A program made the translations under genes and the position numbers. 64,000 nt of DNA from an uncultured Chloroflexia bacterium. Lineage in GTDB: Bacteria; Chloroflexota; Limnocylindria; Limnocylindrales; CSP1-4. The stretch covers positions 13,978 through 77,977 of the forward strand of contig CAVQNC010000009.1 of NCBI GenBank assembly GCA_963713795.1, in the 5' to 3' direction. Under the pieces are notes generated by a model. It was not told where the DNA came from. It searched no databases and worked only from the letters and a program-made list of their open reading frames with translations. Positions 1-11,020 of the stretch are shown here, piece after piece. How positions within the stretch are numbered: position 1 is the first letter of the stretch; every line of letters begins with the position of its first letter.

Positions 1-126
1 GCGCGGCGAATGGCAACAGAGCGAGCGCGGCACGCCCTCCGCGGCTTCTGGCCGGGACGGGCGTGCCTGCGATCTTCCCCACGGTGAGTGAGCTCACGCT
101 CGGGCTCCGAGGAGTGGGGGTCGGAG

Positions 127-1311
127 CTACGAGTTGACCACGATCTTCCAGCCGTTGCCAAGCGTGGTCTGAGCGGCCGTGATCTTGTTGATGTCGGTCA
201 CGAGGGTGACGTTCTTGTAGAGGTCCGCGGACGGAAGCTTGGCCGCCAGGTCGGCGGGGATCTTGCCGGCCGTGTTCAACACGTCATAGCGGATCGGGTG
301 GGCGTAACCCTTGAGGAAGAGGAGCTGCGCCGCGTCGCTGTAGATGAGCTCCTGCCAGAGCTTGGCGGCGTTCGGATGAGGAGCCTTGGCGGCGATGATG
401 TCCGCATACGGGCTGGCCAGCGAACCCGAGGCCGGGATGGTTACGGTGATGTTCGGGGCTCCGGCCGCGGTGTCGCGGTCGGCCAGGCCCAGGTAGTCCC
501 ACTTGATGGCGACCTTGACCTCGCCGCTGAGGACGTTGGCGGTGCTGGCGCGAGCCGCGGTCAGGTTGCCGGACTGCTGGAGCTGGTTCATGAAGTCGAT
601 GCCGGGCTGGATGTTGTCGACGCCGCCGCCGTTGCCGACGGCCGCCGACCAGACGGCGAAGAAGGAGTCGTTCGCCTTCGTCGGATCGCCGTCGATGCCG
701 ACCGAGTTCTTCAGGGACGGGTCCAGCAGGTCCTTCCAGTCTTTGATCGTGATCTTCACCGCGTCGGTGTTGATCACGAACGACTGGGCGCCCCAGTAAT
801 TGCAGCACCAGTAGCCGTCGGCGTCCTTGGCCGTGTCGGGGATGTCGGCCCAGTGGGAGTTCTTGTAGGGAGCGGACAGAGCCTGCTGCTTGGCCTGCAC
901 CGCGAACGAGATCCCGACGTCGCCGACGTCCGGCTTGCCGGTGTTCTTGATCGAGTCGAGCTCCTGGCCGGAGCTGTATTCACCCTCGGTTGACGTCCCG
1001 TTGATCGGGATCCCGTAGTCCTGCTTCCAGAGATCGAAGATGCCCTGGTAGTTGACCCACTCGGGCGGGATGCCCGTCTGGTAGATGCTGCCTTCCGCCT
1101 TGGCAGCCGCGATCATGGCGGCCGTCCCGGGCAGGTTGGCCATCGAGGCGGCCGCGGACGGAGATGCGGTCGCTGCACTGCTGCAGGCGGCGACGATCAG
1201 GTTGATCGCCGGCAGGCTGAGTCCCAGAACGGCGAGGCCCTTAAGGAACTGGCGGCGGTCGATCTGACGGGCGGTGAAGGCGCTGCTGAGCTCGTCGATG
1301 CGCGCGAGCAT
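127..1311 (-). CDS. ABC transporter substrate-binding lipoprotein (family-1 SBP, PotD/Fe3+/phosphonate-like), Tat/lipobox signal
   Basis: Long ORF. The internal Met at 1311 is preceded by AAGGAGG (reverse complement of 1325-1335). The N-terminus RRQFLKGLAVLGLSLPAINLIVAAC looks like a twin-arginine signal plus lipobox Cys. The body looks like a periplasmic solute-binding protein. The ORF-track start at 1425 was rejected in favour of the RBS-backed start. Confidence 0.8.
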   Translation of the reverse strand: MLARIDELSSAFTARQIDRRQFLKGLAVLGLSLPAINLIVAACSSAATASPSAAASMANLPGTAAMIAAAKAEGSIYQTGIPPEWVNYQGIFDLWKQDYGIPINGTSTEGEYSSGQELDSIKNTGKPDVGDVGISFAVQAKQQALSAPYKNSHWADIPDTAKDADGYWCCNYWGAQSFVINTDAVKITIKDWKDLLDPSLKNSVGIDGDPTKANDSFFAVWSAAVGNGGGVDNIQPGIDFMNQLQQSGNLTAARASTANVLSGEVKVAIKWDYLGLADRDTAAGAPNITVTIPASGSLASPYADIIAAKAPHPNAAKLWQELIYSDAAQLLFLKGYAHPIRYDVLNTAGKIPADLAAKLPSADLYKNVTLVTDINKITAAQTTLGNGWKIVVNS

Positions 1312-1475
1312 TGGGTCGTTCGCCACGAGGATCCTCCTTAGACTCGGTTGGTTTCGGTCTGAGTCATCGCACCGGGTCGCGTTCGAGCGGCCTAGATCCA
1401 GAACAGCCATCAGGCGATTGGGCAACCGCTCTCCCGCGGCGGACCATCGCTAGACTCTTCACTGCCTGTTAGGCC

Positions 1476-1495
1476 GGTGTTAACGAGCGGTGAAC
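1476..1495 (-). promoter_or_regulatory. PHO-box-like pair of 11-nt direct repeats (GTTCACCGCTC GTTAACACCGG on the minus strand)
   Basis: Read directly from the sequence. It lies in the divergent intergenic region between the SBP gene and the PiT transporter gene. The GTTCACC core and 11-nt phasing match my recollection of actinobacterial PhoP boxes. Confidence 0.25.
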
Positions 1496-1622
1496 GTCTT
1501 CCGCAGTCGGGGGCCTGCCGCCCTCCACGCCCGTCCGGCGGCGCGTCGCAGGTGCCGACCTGATAGCCTCTCAACGGCAGCGGCGCAGCCGCGACTCCAC
1601 CCGAATCTGAGGACGTATCGGC

Positions 1623-2636
1623 TTGTCTACGGGCACTCTGCTGGGGCTGATCGCGATATTCGCGCTGGCCGTGACGTTCGACTACATCAACGGCTTCCAC
1701 GACACAGCCAACGCCATCGCCACTTCGGTCGCCACCAGGGCGCTCAAGCCCGAGTACGCGATCCTCATGTCGGCCACAGCCAACTTCGTGGGCGCGCTGG
1801 TCTTCGGGACGGCCGTTGCGACCACGATCGGCTCCGGCGTGGTCCAGGACAGCATGATCCTTGGAGATGGGGCCACGGTCCTCGTCGCGGCGCTCGTCGG
1901 GGCAATCGCCTGGGACCTGATCACCTGGCGGCTGTCGATCCCGAGCTCCAGCAGCCACGCCCTGATCGGAGGCCTGATCGGCGCCGCCTGGGCCGCGGCG
2001 GGGTCGGGCGCTGTTCAGTGGAGCCAGTTCGCCGCCAAGGTTCTACTGCCGCTATTCTCCTCGCCGATCCTCGGCCTGGTGATCGGCTTCGGGTTCATGG
2101 TCGTGATCTTGAACGTGTTCGTTCGCGCGGATCCCCACCACATGAACGACCGTTTCCGGAAGCTGCAGATCTTCTCGGCCGCCTACATGGCCCTCGCCCA
2201 CGGGTCCAACGACGCGCAGAAGACCATGGGCATCATGACCCTGGCGCTCTTCAGCGCCAATGTCATCCCGGACAAGACCGTGCCGGTCTGGGTCATCCTC
2301 ATGGCGGCCACGGCAATGTCGCTGGGAACCGCCGCGGGCGGGTGGCGCATCATGAAGACCATGGGCCAGCGTGTGGTGAAGCTGGACCCCGTTCACGGCT
2401 TCGCGGCGGAGACCACCGCCGCCTCGATCATCGTGGTCGCTTCTCATTTCGGGATGCCGGTCTCGACGACGCACGTGATCTCCACGGCGATAATGGGCGT
2501 CGGCACCAGCGACCGTATAAAGGCCGTTCGCTGGGGAATCGCGAGGGGCATCGTCACGGCCTGGATCCTGACTATCCCGTGCTCGGCGGCGATTGCCGGA
2601 GCGATCTATCTCATCCTCCACGGCGTCGGCGTCTGA
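1623..2636 (+). CDS. pit: Inorganic phosphate transporter, PiT family
   Basis: N-terminal FDYINGFHDTANAIATSV and C-terminal SNDAQKTMG/STTHV motifs are typical of the duplicated PiT signature. The protein is polytopic and hydrophobic. TTG start. Confidence 0.9.
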   Translation: MSTGTLLGLIAIFALAVTFDYINGFHDTANAIATSVATRALKPEYAILMSATANFVGALVFGTAVATTIGSGVVQDSMILGDGATVLVAALVGAIAWDLITWRLSIPSSSSHALIGGLIGAAWAAAGSGAVQWSQFAAKVLLPLFSSPILGLVIGFGFMVVILNVFVRADPHHMNDRFRKLQIFSAAYMALAHGSNDAQKTMGIMTLALFSANVIPDKTVPVWVILMAATAMSLGTAAGGWRIMKTMGQRVVKLDPVHGFAAETTAASIIVVASHFGMPVSTTHVISTAIMGVGTSDRIKAVRWGIARGIVTAWILTIPCSAAIAGAIYLILHGVGV

Positions 2637-2649
2637 CGCGGCACCGCTC

Positions 2650-3348
2650 TCAGTCGGCCTCGGGGCGCCTCAGGACATAACCGACGCCACGGACCGTCTC
2701 CAGGTACGTGGGATTGGCCGGATCGGCCTCGATCTGGGCGCGCAGCCAGTGGACGTGGACGTCCACGGTTCGCGTCTCGCCGGCGTAGTCGTAACCCCAG
2801 ACATGCTCCAGGAGCTGGTCGCGGGTGAAGACGTGGCCGGCATTGCGGATCAAGAACAGAAGCAGCTCGAAGGCCTTCGGCTTGACCGGGAGAACCTCGC
2901 CGCCGCGCAGAAGGCGGCGCCCGGCCAGGTCGACCCTGACCATGCCCAGGTCGACCGTCTCCGGTTCCGGGGCCTGCGCCTGCGTCTCGGAGCGGCGAAG
3001 CAGGGCGTGGATGCGGGCGAGCAGCTCACGGAAGCTGAACGGCTTGGTGACGTAGTCGTCCGCGCCCAGCTCCAGGCCGACGATCTTGTCGACTTCCGCG
3101 CTCTTGGCCGTGAGCATCAGTATCGGCACGCCCAATTCCGCCCTGATGACCCGGCAGACCTCGGTCCCGGATATCTCCGGCAACATCAGGTCGAGCAGGA
3201 TCAGGTCGGGGTGATGGCGCCGGAAGGCTTCCACAGCCTCGCGGCCGTCGGCGGCCTGGACCACGGCGAAGCCTTCCTGCTCCAGGCTCTCGGCCAGCGT
3301 CTCGCGCAGAGTTCGTTCGTCGTCCACGACCAGGATCGTTCGAGCCAT
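2650..3348 (-). CDS. OmpR/PhoB-family response regulator (REC + winged helix), no adjacent kinase
   Basis: ILVVDDE...LILLDLMLP...TAK...DDYVTKPF receiver motifs plus a C-terminal trans_reg_C-like domain (VDVHVHWLR). It lies 13 bp downstream of gltX on the same strand. Confidence 0.9.
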   Translation of the reverse strand: MARTILVVDDERTLRETLAESLEQEGFAVVQAADGREAVEAFRRHHPDLILLDLMLPEISGTEVCRVIRAELGVPILMLTAKSAEVDKIVGLELGADDYVTKPFSFRELLARIHALLRRSETQAQAPEPETVDLGMVRVDLAGRRLLRGGEVLPVKPKAFELLLFLIRNAGHVFTRDQLLEHVWGYDYAGETRTVDVHVHWLRAQIEADPANPTYLETVRGVGYVLRRPEAD

Positions 3349-3361
3349 CCCGGCTTGCCTC

Positions 3362-4870
3362 CTACGGGTTCGGTTCCGCCTGACCGGCGAGCTTCCCGAT
3401 AGCCCGATCGAGTCGGGCCAGCGTCCGCTCGCGGCCGAGAGCCACCATCGTGTCGAAGAGCGGCGGCGTGGCCGTCCGGCCGGTGACGGCGACGCGGATG
3501 GCCATGAAGAGATCGCCCGCCTTCCAGCCCCGGTCCTCGACCAGGCGCCGCAGCGGCGCCTCCAGGTCGTGGGCGCTCCAGGAGGTCGTGGCGGCCTCGG
3601 CGATCGTCGAGCGAGCGGCAGTCAGGGCGGCCGCGGTCGTTGGCGCATCCCAGCGCTTCGGCACGATCAGGGCCGCATCCGGGTCCACGTTCTCGACGAA
3701 CAGGAATCCGATCAACTCCCCCACCGCCGCCAGGGTCGGCAGCCGTTCCTGGACCACCGGCAGCAAGGCCAGCATCTCGTCGTCCGAGGGCAGCCGGTCG
3801 ATCCGACCCGCCTCGAGTTCGGCCGCGAGGAATGGGCGCAGCCTCTCTATCAGATCCGGCGCGGCAAGGCGCCGGATCCACTGGCCGTTGAGCCATTCGA
3901 GGCGTTCGCGGTCGAAGACGGCGCCCGCCCGGTTGACCGTCGACAGCTCGAAGCGCTCCACCAGTTCGGCCTGCGACAGGACCTCCTCCTCCGTGCCGGT
4001 CGACCAGCCGAGGAAGGCCAGATAGTTGACGAAGGCCTCAGGGATGAAACCGTCGGCCCGATAGTCGGCGACGGCGGTCCTGCTCTTGCGCTTGCTCATC
4101 TTCGTCCGGTCGGGGTTGAGGATCAGCGGCAGGTGGGCGAACGTCGGGACCGGAGATCCCATGGCCTCGAAGAGGAGGATGTGCTTCGGTGTGTTGGAGA
4201 GGTGGTCCTCGCCGCGTATGACGTGGCTGATCGCCATGGCGGCGTCGTCCACGGCCACGGTGAAGTGATACAGGGGCGTGCCGTCGGACCGGACGATCAC
4301 GAGGTCACCACCCAGGACGTCGGTATCGATCTCCACGCGGCCACGGACCATGTCGTCGAAGGCGATCACGCGGCCGGCCGGGATCCGGAAGCGGACCACG
4401 GGTTTGCGGCCCTCCGCCTCGAAGGCGGCCCGCTGCGCGGCCGTGAGGTGGGCGCAGCGCCCGTTGTACCGCGGTGTCGCGCGGGCGGCCTCCTGGCGCT
4501 TGCGTTCGGCCTCGAGCTCCGTGGGCGTGCAGTAGCAGCGATAGGCCTTGTCCTCGGCCAGCAGTCTGGCCGCGGCCTCCGCGTAGCGTGGCAGGCGCTC
4601 CATCTGGCGATAGGGGCCGTATGCCCCACGTTCGGGCTCGTTGCCGGCGGCCGGTCCTTCGTCCCAGCGGATCCCCAGCCAGTGGAGACCCTCGAGGATG
4701 TCGAGTTCGAAGGCCTCGGTGGAGCGAGCCTGGTCGGTGTCTTCCAGGCGGAAGATGAAGGTCCCGCCCGTGTGGCGAGCGAACAGGAAGTTGAAGAGCG
4801 CGGTCCGCGCGGTCCCCAGGTGCAGCGGCCCCGTTGGGCTGGGCGCGATTCGAACGCGGACGTCGGTCAT
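3362..4870 (-). CDS. gltX: Glutamate--tRNA ligase
   Basis: Class-I HIGH-type motif (PSPTGPLHLGTART) and KMSKS motif (KMSKRK). Full-length collinear GluRS architecture. Confidence 0.95.
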   Translation of the reverse strand: MTDVRVRIAPSPTGPLHLGTARTALFNFLFARHTGGTFIFRLEDTDQARSTEAFELDILEGLHWLGIRWDEGPAAGNEPERGAYGPYRQMERLPRYAEAAARLLAEDKAYRCYCTPTELEAERKRQEAARATPRYNGRCAHLTAAQRAAFEAEGRKPVVRFRIPAGRVIAFDDMVRGRVEIDTDVLGGDLVIVRSDGTPLYHFTVAVDDAAMAISHVIRGEDHLSNTPKHILLFEAMGSPVPTFAHLPLILNPDRTKMSKRKSRTAVADYRADGFIPEAFVNYLAFLGWSTGTEEEVLSQAELVERFELSTVNRAGAVFDRERLEWLNGQWIRRLAAPDLIERLRPFLAAELEAGRIDRLPSDDEMLALLPVVQERLPTLAAVGELIGFLFVENVDPDAALIVPKRWDAPTTAAALTAARSTIAEAATTSWSAHDLEAPLRRLVEDRGWKAGDLFMAIRVAVTGRTATPPLFDTMVALGRERTLARLDRAIGKLAGQAEPNP

Positions 4871-4990
4871 AGGCTAAGTGTACGGGCAGATCGCCGCTCG
4901 GCCCGGCCGCCGAGTCGCGATCGCGGTCCGACGGCCGGCAGTTCGAGCCGGCGGCCGCCGGCGCAGATACGAGCCGGCCCGGCGATCGAT

Positions 4991-6073
4991 CTAGAGCAGC
5001 TCGCCTACCGGCGCCAGCTCGAAGTCGGCGACGGCCTCGCCGGCAAGCTCCCCGCGCGGGTCCAGGGCGATCGGGCGGTGATATCGGCCCAGGGCGCGCA
5101 GCGCGGCGGGGTTCAGCGCGCCGACCTGGCGGAGCGTCTCCACGGAGGCCGCCGAGGTTGCGCGGTCGAAGCCGCCACCGTCCTCGATCTTGATCGCCAC
5201 GCCCCCGGCCGTGGCGCGGCCGTCTCCCGGCAGCAGGGCGAAGGCACGCAGGCCTTCCGCTCCGCCCTTGGCCAGGATGCGGCCCGGCGCCGCCTTCATG
5301 ACCGAAGTGTCGAGCCTGTCGCGGCTGCCGGCGACCATCTCGGGGTTGACCATCATCGCGTCCCGGATCCGGCAGAGCGCATCGGCCAGGCTGGAGCGCG
5401 CGTCCTCGGCCGGAATAGCCGTGGGATCGGCCAGCATCGCGTAGGCTCGCGCGATCTCGTGCAGCGGGAAGGCATACGTCGGCACGCCGCACGCGTCTGT
5501 CGACGTAACCAGCCGGTCCGCGGCCGTCGAGTAGGCCCTGGCGACGGTTTCCGCATACACGCGCTGGACGGGATGATCGGGCCTCCAGTACTCCTCGAAC
5601 GGCCAGTCCTTGAGCCGGCACAGCAGCAGCATCGAAGCATGCTGGCCCGAGCACATGTGGCGGAGAGCCCCCGGCTTCTCGCCGTCGCGCGCCAGCCGAG
5701 CCGCCGTCAGAGCGTCCAGAGGCGCTCCTTCGGAACCGCAGCCGAGAAAGTGCTGAGAGACGCCGGCCCGACGGAAGACGGCCTGCAGCGTCCGGACGTG
5801 AAGGTCCTCACCCGAATGAGAGCCGGCCATCACGGCCAGCTCGGCATCCGAGAGGTCGAACGCCTCAACGCCGCCGGCCTCGATGAGGGCGACGAGCCCG
5901 AAAGGCTTCACGGCCGAGCGAAGGTTCACCAGGGTATCTGGATCGCCGAGGGCCCGGCGGGTTGCCCCGTCGATCCCCACCTCGACGATGGACCCGCGGT
6001 GGCGGGCCTCCACCACCGCGCCGCGCATCTGGCGGACCAGGACCGGCGTGTTCCGATGTGACTCCGGAGCCAC
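4991..6073 (-). CDS. Asparaginase-II family protein (PF06089-like)
   Basis: PVLV..RG..VE.RHRG, RSAVKP, GSHSGE and CSGQHASMLL motifs. The start was chosen at a GTG (6073) just upstream of the conserved TPVLV block. An ATG at 6028 is the alternative. The upstream 80 aa of the ORF are low-complexity. Confidence 0.75.
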   Translation of the reverse strand: MAPESHRNTPVLVRQMRGAVVEARHRGSIVEVGIDGATRRALGDPDTLVNLRSAVKPFGLVALIEAGGVEAFDLSDAELAVMAGSHSGEDLHVRTLQAVFRRAGVSQHFLGCGSEGAPLDALTAARLARDGEKPGALRHMCSGQHASMLLLCRLKDWPFEEYWRPDHPVQRVYAETVARAYSTAADRLVTSTDACGVPTYAFPLHEIARAYAMLADPTAIPAEDARSSLADALCRIRDAMMVNPEMVAGSRDRLDTSVMKAAPGRILAKGGAEGLRAFALLPGDGRATAGGVAIKIEDGGGFDRATSAASVETLRQVGALNPAALRALGRYHRPIALDPRGELAGEAVADFELAPVGELL

Positions 6074-6527
6074 GGCCGGCGACCTGGAGCCGCGGACGTT
6101 CTTGACCGCGGCCAACCGGCGCGGCGCAGCGGCCGGATCGGGCGGCGTCGTGACGGGCTGCCGTCGCGTGGATGGTTGATACAGGGATGATCCAGATGAG
6201 GCCGAGGCGGGGCTATCGAGCGACCGGCCAGCCTTCGACGACGCCGGCTTCGATGCCGCCGGACCCCAGACGGACGCGTCGCCGGGATCCGAACCGGTGC
6301 GCGACGGCAAGACTCATCCTCCAACCTGGGCCTCGATCAGACGACCGGGCGGGCCGTGAGCCCGTTCGGCAAGCTCCTTCCGAGCATACTCCGGAGCACG
6401 CCAGTCGGGCACGATGGTCTGTCATGGTCCCCGCGCCCCGTGACCGTCCGATCGCACGGTCCCGGCGGTTTCGGGCAAGTGTGCCCGGCCGGCGGCCGAT
6501 GAACCAGCAATCGGTCTCGAGCCGAGG

Positions 6528-7733
6528 CTACAGCTCCGGCGCCGGCGGCGGTGCGGCAGGCGCCTTGAACTGACTCTTGGCTTCGGCTTCGGCGGCGGCC
6601 CGGGCGGCTTCGGCTTCGGCGGCGGCCCGGGCGGCTTCGGCTTCGGCGGCGGCCCGGGCGGCTTCGGCTTCGGCGGCGGCCCGGGCGGCTTCGGCTTCGG
6701 CGGCGGCCCGGGCGGCTCGCTCCGCGTTGCCGGCAGCGCGACGGGCGGCCAGCGCGACCCAGTTCCGGTGGATCGCCGTCGCCACTCCCTGGGCCGAGAG
6801 GGCCGCGACGATCAGCGCCATGAGCGCGACCAGGATCAGCTGCTCAGCGTTGAGCGAGCCGTACACCTGGGCATCGCGCCAGGTGAACGCGACGGCGAAG
6901 CGAGCCACGGCCCACAACCCGAGCGCGACCAGATACCGGCGCCAGCCGGTCAGAAAGCGCCAGTCCCGCCTGGGGGCCAGCCCAGGCCTCGCGAGCGACC
7001 CCCAGCGTCGGACTCTTAGGCGCAGGAGGAAGGGCACGACGACGACGGCGATGGCGGCGGCGAGGACGAGGCTGCCCTCCATCAGTTGGGACGGCATCGC
7101 CGGGAAGGTCGGGTTCAGGCTGCCCCAGTCCCCCGAGTGAACGTAGCTCGTGGCCCAGGACGCGGACGAATATGCGCCCTGGCCTTCTCCGCCGAGCGCC
7201 GTCGCCAGCTTGCCCAAGCCGAGCCCGAGCAGCACGGGAACGCTTGCCACGCCCAGCCACCTGCCGACGGGAGCGGCCAGCAGCCGGGCCACGGCGGCGC
7301 CCGTGAACGTTCCCAGGATGACCGCCAGGGTCAGGCCGAACGCTCCCTGGGTCGGATCCGCGATCGCCTGTTGATTGGCCCGGTAGTAGTCGAGGTGCAG
7401 CAGGACGTAGTCCAGTCGTCCTCCGACGATCGCGCCCGGCACGACGCCGAAGGCGATCAGGATCAGGTCGTCGCGGCGGAGCCTGGGAAGCGCGGCCCGC
7501 GATTCGTCGTCTGCCGCTGCCGCACCGGCACCCGGCCGCGCCGAGAGGAACGCCGCGAGCAACAGGACGAGGAGAACAAGACCCGCCAGGGCCAGTGTCT
7601 CCAGGCGTATGGACAAGCCGAAGACGGCGGTCGAGGGATTGAAGTCGAGGCGAATCGTGGCTGGCACTCGGCGAGTGTACCGGCAGCGGCGCCTGCGAGT
7701 CGGACGGCCAAGTTGATGTCGGCTGGCCGACAT
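6528..7733 (-). CDS. Divergent Lgt-family (prolipoprotein diacylglyceryl transferase-like) membrane protein with C-terminal (AAEAEAARA)n tail
   Basis: GGRLDYVLLHLDYY and MPSQLMEGS resemble the Lgt GARLGYVL and HPSQLYE blocks. The GRxGNxxNxE catalytic block is degenerate (GKLATALGGEGQG). Start is uncertain (ATG 7733 or GTG 7667). Confidence 0.6.
   Translation of the reverse strand: MSASRHQLGRPTRRRRCRYTRRVPATIRLDFNPSTAVFGLSIRLETLALAGLVLLVLLLAAFLSARPGAGAAAADDESRAALPRLRRDDLILIAFGVVPGAIVGGRLDYVLLHLDYYRANQQAIADPTQGAFGLTLAVILGTFTGAAVARLLAAPVGRWLGVASVPVLLGLGLGKLATALGGEGQGAYSSASWATSYVHSGDWGSLNPTFPAMPSQLMEGSLVLAAAIAVVVVPFLLRLRVRRWGSLARPGLAPRRDWRFLTGWRRYLVALGLWAVARFAVAFTWRDAQVYGSLNAEQLILVALMALIVAALSAQGVATAIHRNWVALAARRAAGNAERAARAAAEAEAARAAAEAEAARAAAEAEAARAAAEAEAARAAAEAEAKSQFKAPAAPPPAPEL
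6580..6714. repeat. Perfect 27-bp tandem repeat x5 (gcttcggcttcggcggcggcccgggcg), in-frame within the CDS
   Basis: Counted base by base: units at 6580, 6607, 6634, 6661 and 6688, with zero mismatches. A degenerate partial unit follows. It encodes AAEAEAARA x5 on the minus strand. Confidence 0.97.
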
Positions 7734-8046
7734 ATCTCGTGTCGCGTGGTTGCTCTTCCGGCCCGCGGTCCCGTGGCTACATACGTACATCGGATGAGAC
7801 CTGGACAACCCGGGCGCTCGCCGTGCTAAACGGGGGATTTGCCCGATGTGCGGCTACAACCGCCACCGAGGGGGATCGGACGGGCGAAAGGCGCTGGTCC
7901 CGGAATACCGGGGGGCCGGGACCGGCGCCTCAAAGCTTGACTGGGCCAGGGAAGCCCCGGCAGGACGGGACCGCCGGGGCTTTCCTATTGTCTGGTCGGC
8001 CGGACGGCGTCCGGACGCGGCGCAGGAGCGCGAACGCTCCGACTGA

Positions 8047-9036
<990 letters not shown>

Positions 9037-9190
9037 TTACGATCGCGGCCCGGTCGGTCTTCCATGATTGCCGACCTTGGGCCGGATGTTAGCCGGGAGT
9101 CCTCGGGTTGGAAACCGGAGGACTACCCCCATACACGCAGGCGCCGGATGGTGAGACACGCGGAGCACCGGACCCGCCGCCCGCGGCTGA

Positions 9191-11020
9191 TCACGCGGCC
9201 GCCAGGGCCGCCTTCATCTGGGCGAGCCGGGCCGCCAGCTCGGCCGGAAGCCTCGTGCCGAACCTGGCGTAGTGCTCTTCGATCGCGGCCGCTTCGTTCA
9301 CCCAGGCCTCCGGCTCGACGGCAAACAGACCCGACATGTCGGCCGCGCCGATATCGAGTCCGGTGGTGTCGATGGCGCCTGGCGCCGGCAGGTATCCGAT
9401 CGGCGTCGAGACGGCGTCGTCCTCGCCCGAGCACCGCCCGAAGATCCACTCGATGACGCGGCTGTTCTCGCCGAAGCCGGGCCACAGGAAGCGGCCGTCC
9501 GCGCCCTTTCGGAACCAGTTGACGAGGTATATGCGCGGCAGCCGGGCCCCGGCCCGCCGGCCGATCTCGAGCCAATGAGCCCAGTAGTCGGCCATGTTGT
9601 AACCGCAGAACGGCAGCATCGCGAACGGATCGAAGCGCAGCTTGCCGATCGTACCGAAAGCGGCCGCCGTCATCTCCGAGCTCATGATGGAGCCGAGGAA
9701 GACGCCGTGCTCCCAGTCGAAGCCCTCGCGGACGAGGGGAACCGTCGAGGCGCGACGGCCCCCGAACATGATCGCGTCGATCGGAACGCCGGCTGGATCC
9801 TCCCAGTTGGGTGCGATGGCCGGATCCTGACCGGCGGGCGCGGTGAAGCGGGCGTTGGCGTGCGCCGCGGGCTTGTCCCCACCCGGAGCCCAATCGTTGC
9901 CGGTCCAGTCGACCAGGTGGGCTGGAGCTTCCCGGGTGAGGCCCTCCCACCACACGTCGCCGTCGTCGGTCAGGGCGCAGTTGGTGTAGATGCAGTTGGC
10001 ATAGAGGGTCCGGATCGCGTTGGCGTTCGTGGACATGCTCGTGCCGGGTGCAACCCCGAAGAAGCCGGCCTCGGGGTTGATGGCGTAGAGCCGGCCGTCG
10101 TCCCGGAACTTCATCCAGCAGATGTCGTCGCCGATCGTCTCTACCTTCCAGCCGGGGATCGTCGGCTCGAGCATGGCCAGGTTGGTCTTGCCGCAGGCGG
10201 ACGGAAAGGCTCCGGCCATGTGCTTGACCTCGCCCGAGGGCGAGGTGACCTTGATGATCAGCATGTGCTCGGCCAGCCAGCCCTCGTCCCGAGCGATGAC
10301 CGAGGCGATGCGGAGCGCGTAGCACTTCTTGCCCAGGAGGGCGTTGCCGCCGTAGCCGGAACCGTACGACCAGATCTCGCGGGTCTCGGGGAAATGGACG
10401 ATGTACTTGGTCTCCGGGTCGCAGGGCCACGGGACGTCCCGCTCTCCGGGTGCGAGTGGATTGCCGACGCTGTGGATCGCGGGTACGAAGTCGCCGCTCT
10501 TGACGATCTCGGCGAGGGCGGCCTCGCCCATTCGAGTCATGATCCGCATGTTGACGACGACGTAAGGCGAGTCCGTGATCTCGATCCCGAGACGCCCGAT
10601 CGGTGAGCCGACCGGGCCCATCGAGAACGGGATGACGTACATCGTCCGGCCTCGCATCGAACCTTCGAAGAGGCCGTTGAGGGTCGCGCGCATCTCGGCC
10701 GGATCGCGCCAGTTGTTGGTTGGCCCGGCATCAGCCTCCTTCTCGGAGCAGATGAAGGTTCGATCTTCTACGCGCGCCACGTCGGACGGGTCCGAGCGGG
10801 CCAGAAAGCTGTTCGGCCGGAGATCGGGGTTGAGCCGGATGAAGGTTCCCGCGTCCACGAGTTGCCGGCACAGGCGGCTGTTCTCGGCCTCGGATCCGTC
10901 ACACCAGTAGACGGCGTCCGGTGTCGTCAGGGCCGCGACCTCGTTCACCCAGCGAACGATTGGATGCTCCGCAGGGAGACCCTGCGGCCGCCCTTCCACC
11001 CTGGCACCGATCGTAGTCAC
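9191..11020 (-). CDS. pckG: Phosphoenolpyruvate carboxykinase (GTP)
   Basis: 609 aa. [13 protein letters not shown] kinase-1a motif, GDDICWM, and GTP-PEPCK-specific collinear blocks. Confidence 0.95.
   Translation of the reverse strand: MTTIGARVEGRPQGLPAEHPIVRWVNEVAALTTPDAVYWCDGSEAENSRLCRQLVDAGTFIRLNPDLRPNSFLARSDPSDVARVEDRTFICSEKEADAGPTNNWRDPAEMRATLNGLFEGSMRGRTMYVIPFSMGPVGSPIGRLGIEITDSPYVVVNMRIMTRMGEAALAEIVKSGDFVPAIHSVGNPLAPGERDVPWPCDPETKYIVHFPETREIWSYGSGYGGNALLGKKCYALRIASVIARDEGWLAEHMLIIKVTSPSGEVKHMAGAFPSACGKTNLAMLEPTIPGWKVETIGDDICWMKFRDDGRLYAINPEAGFFGVAPGTSMSTNANAIRTLYANCIYTNCALTDDGDVWWEGLTREAPAHLVDWTGNDWAPGGDKPAAHANARFTAPAGQDPAIAPNWEDPAGVPIDAIMFGGRRASTVPLVREGFDWEHGVFLGSIMSSEMTAAAFGTIGKLRFDPFAMLPFCGYNMADYWAHWLEIGRRAGARLPRIYLVNWFRKGADGRFLWPGFGENSRVIEWIFGRCSGEDDAVSTPIGYLPAPGAIDTTGLDIGAADMSGLFAVEPEAWVNEAAAIEEHYARFGTRLPAELAARLAQMKAALAAA

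Noticed and set aside
88-993. 301-aa + strand ORF at the left edge.
   Set aside because: It is antisense to the solute-binding protein gene and has a Gly/Arg/Val/Asp-rich composition with no motifs.
3569-6061. 830-aa ORF on the + strand spanning the gltX and asparaginase-II loci. Similar very long ORFs occur at 17583-19409 (+), 20082-21686 (-), 27981-29930 (-), 49448-51157 (-), 51422-53266 (-), 53227-54822 (-) and 25832-27064 (-).
   Set aside because: All lie antisense to genes with unambiguous conserved motifs. All have Arg/Gly/Pro/Asp-rich low-complexity translations with no recognisable domains. These are classic stop-codon-poor shadow ORFs of high-GC DNA.
6577-7140. 187-aa + strand ORF with an (ASASAAARA)n repeat.
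   Set aside because: It is the antisense reading of the 27-bp tandem repeat inside the Lgt-like gene. The membrane-protein frame on the minus strand is the coherent one.
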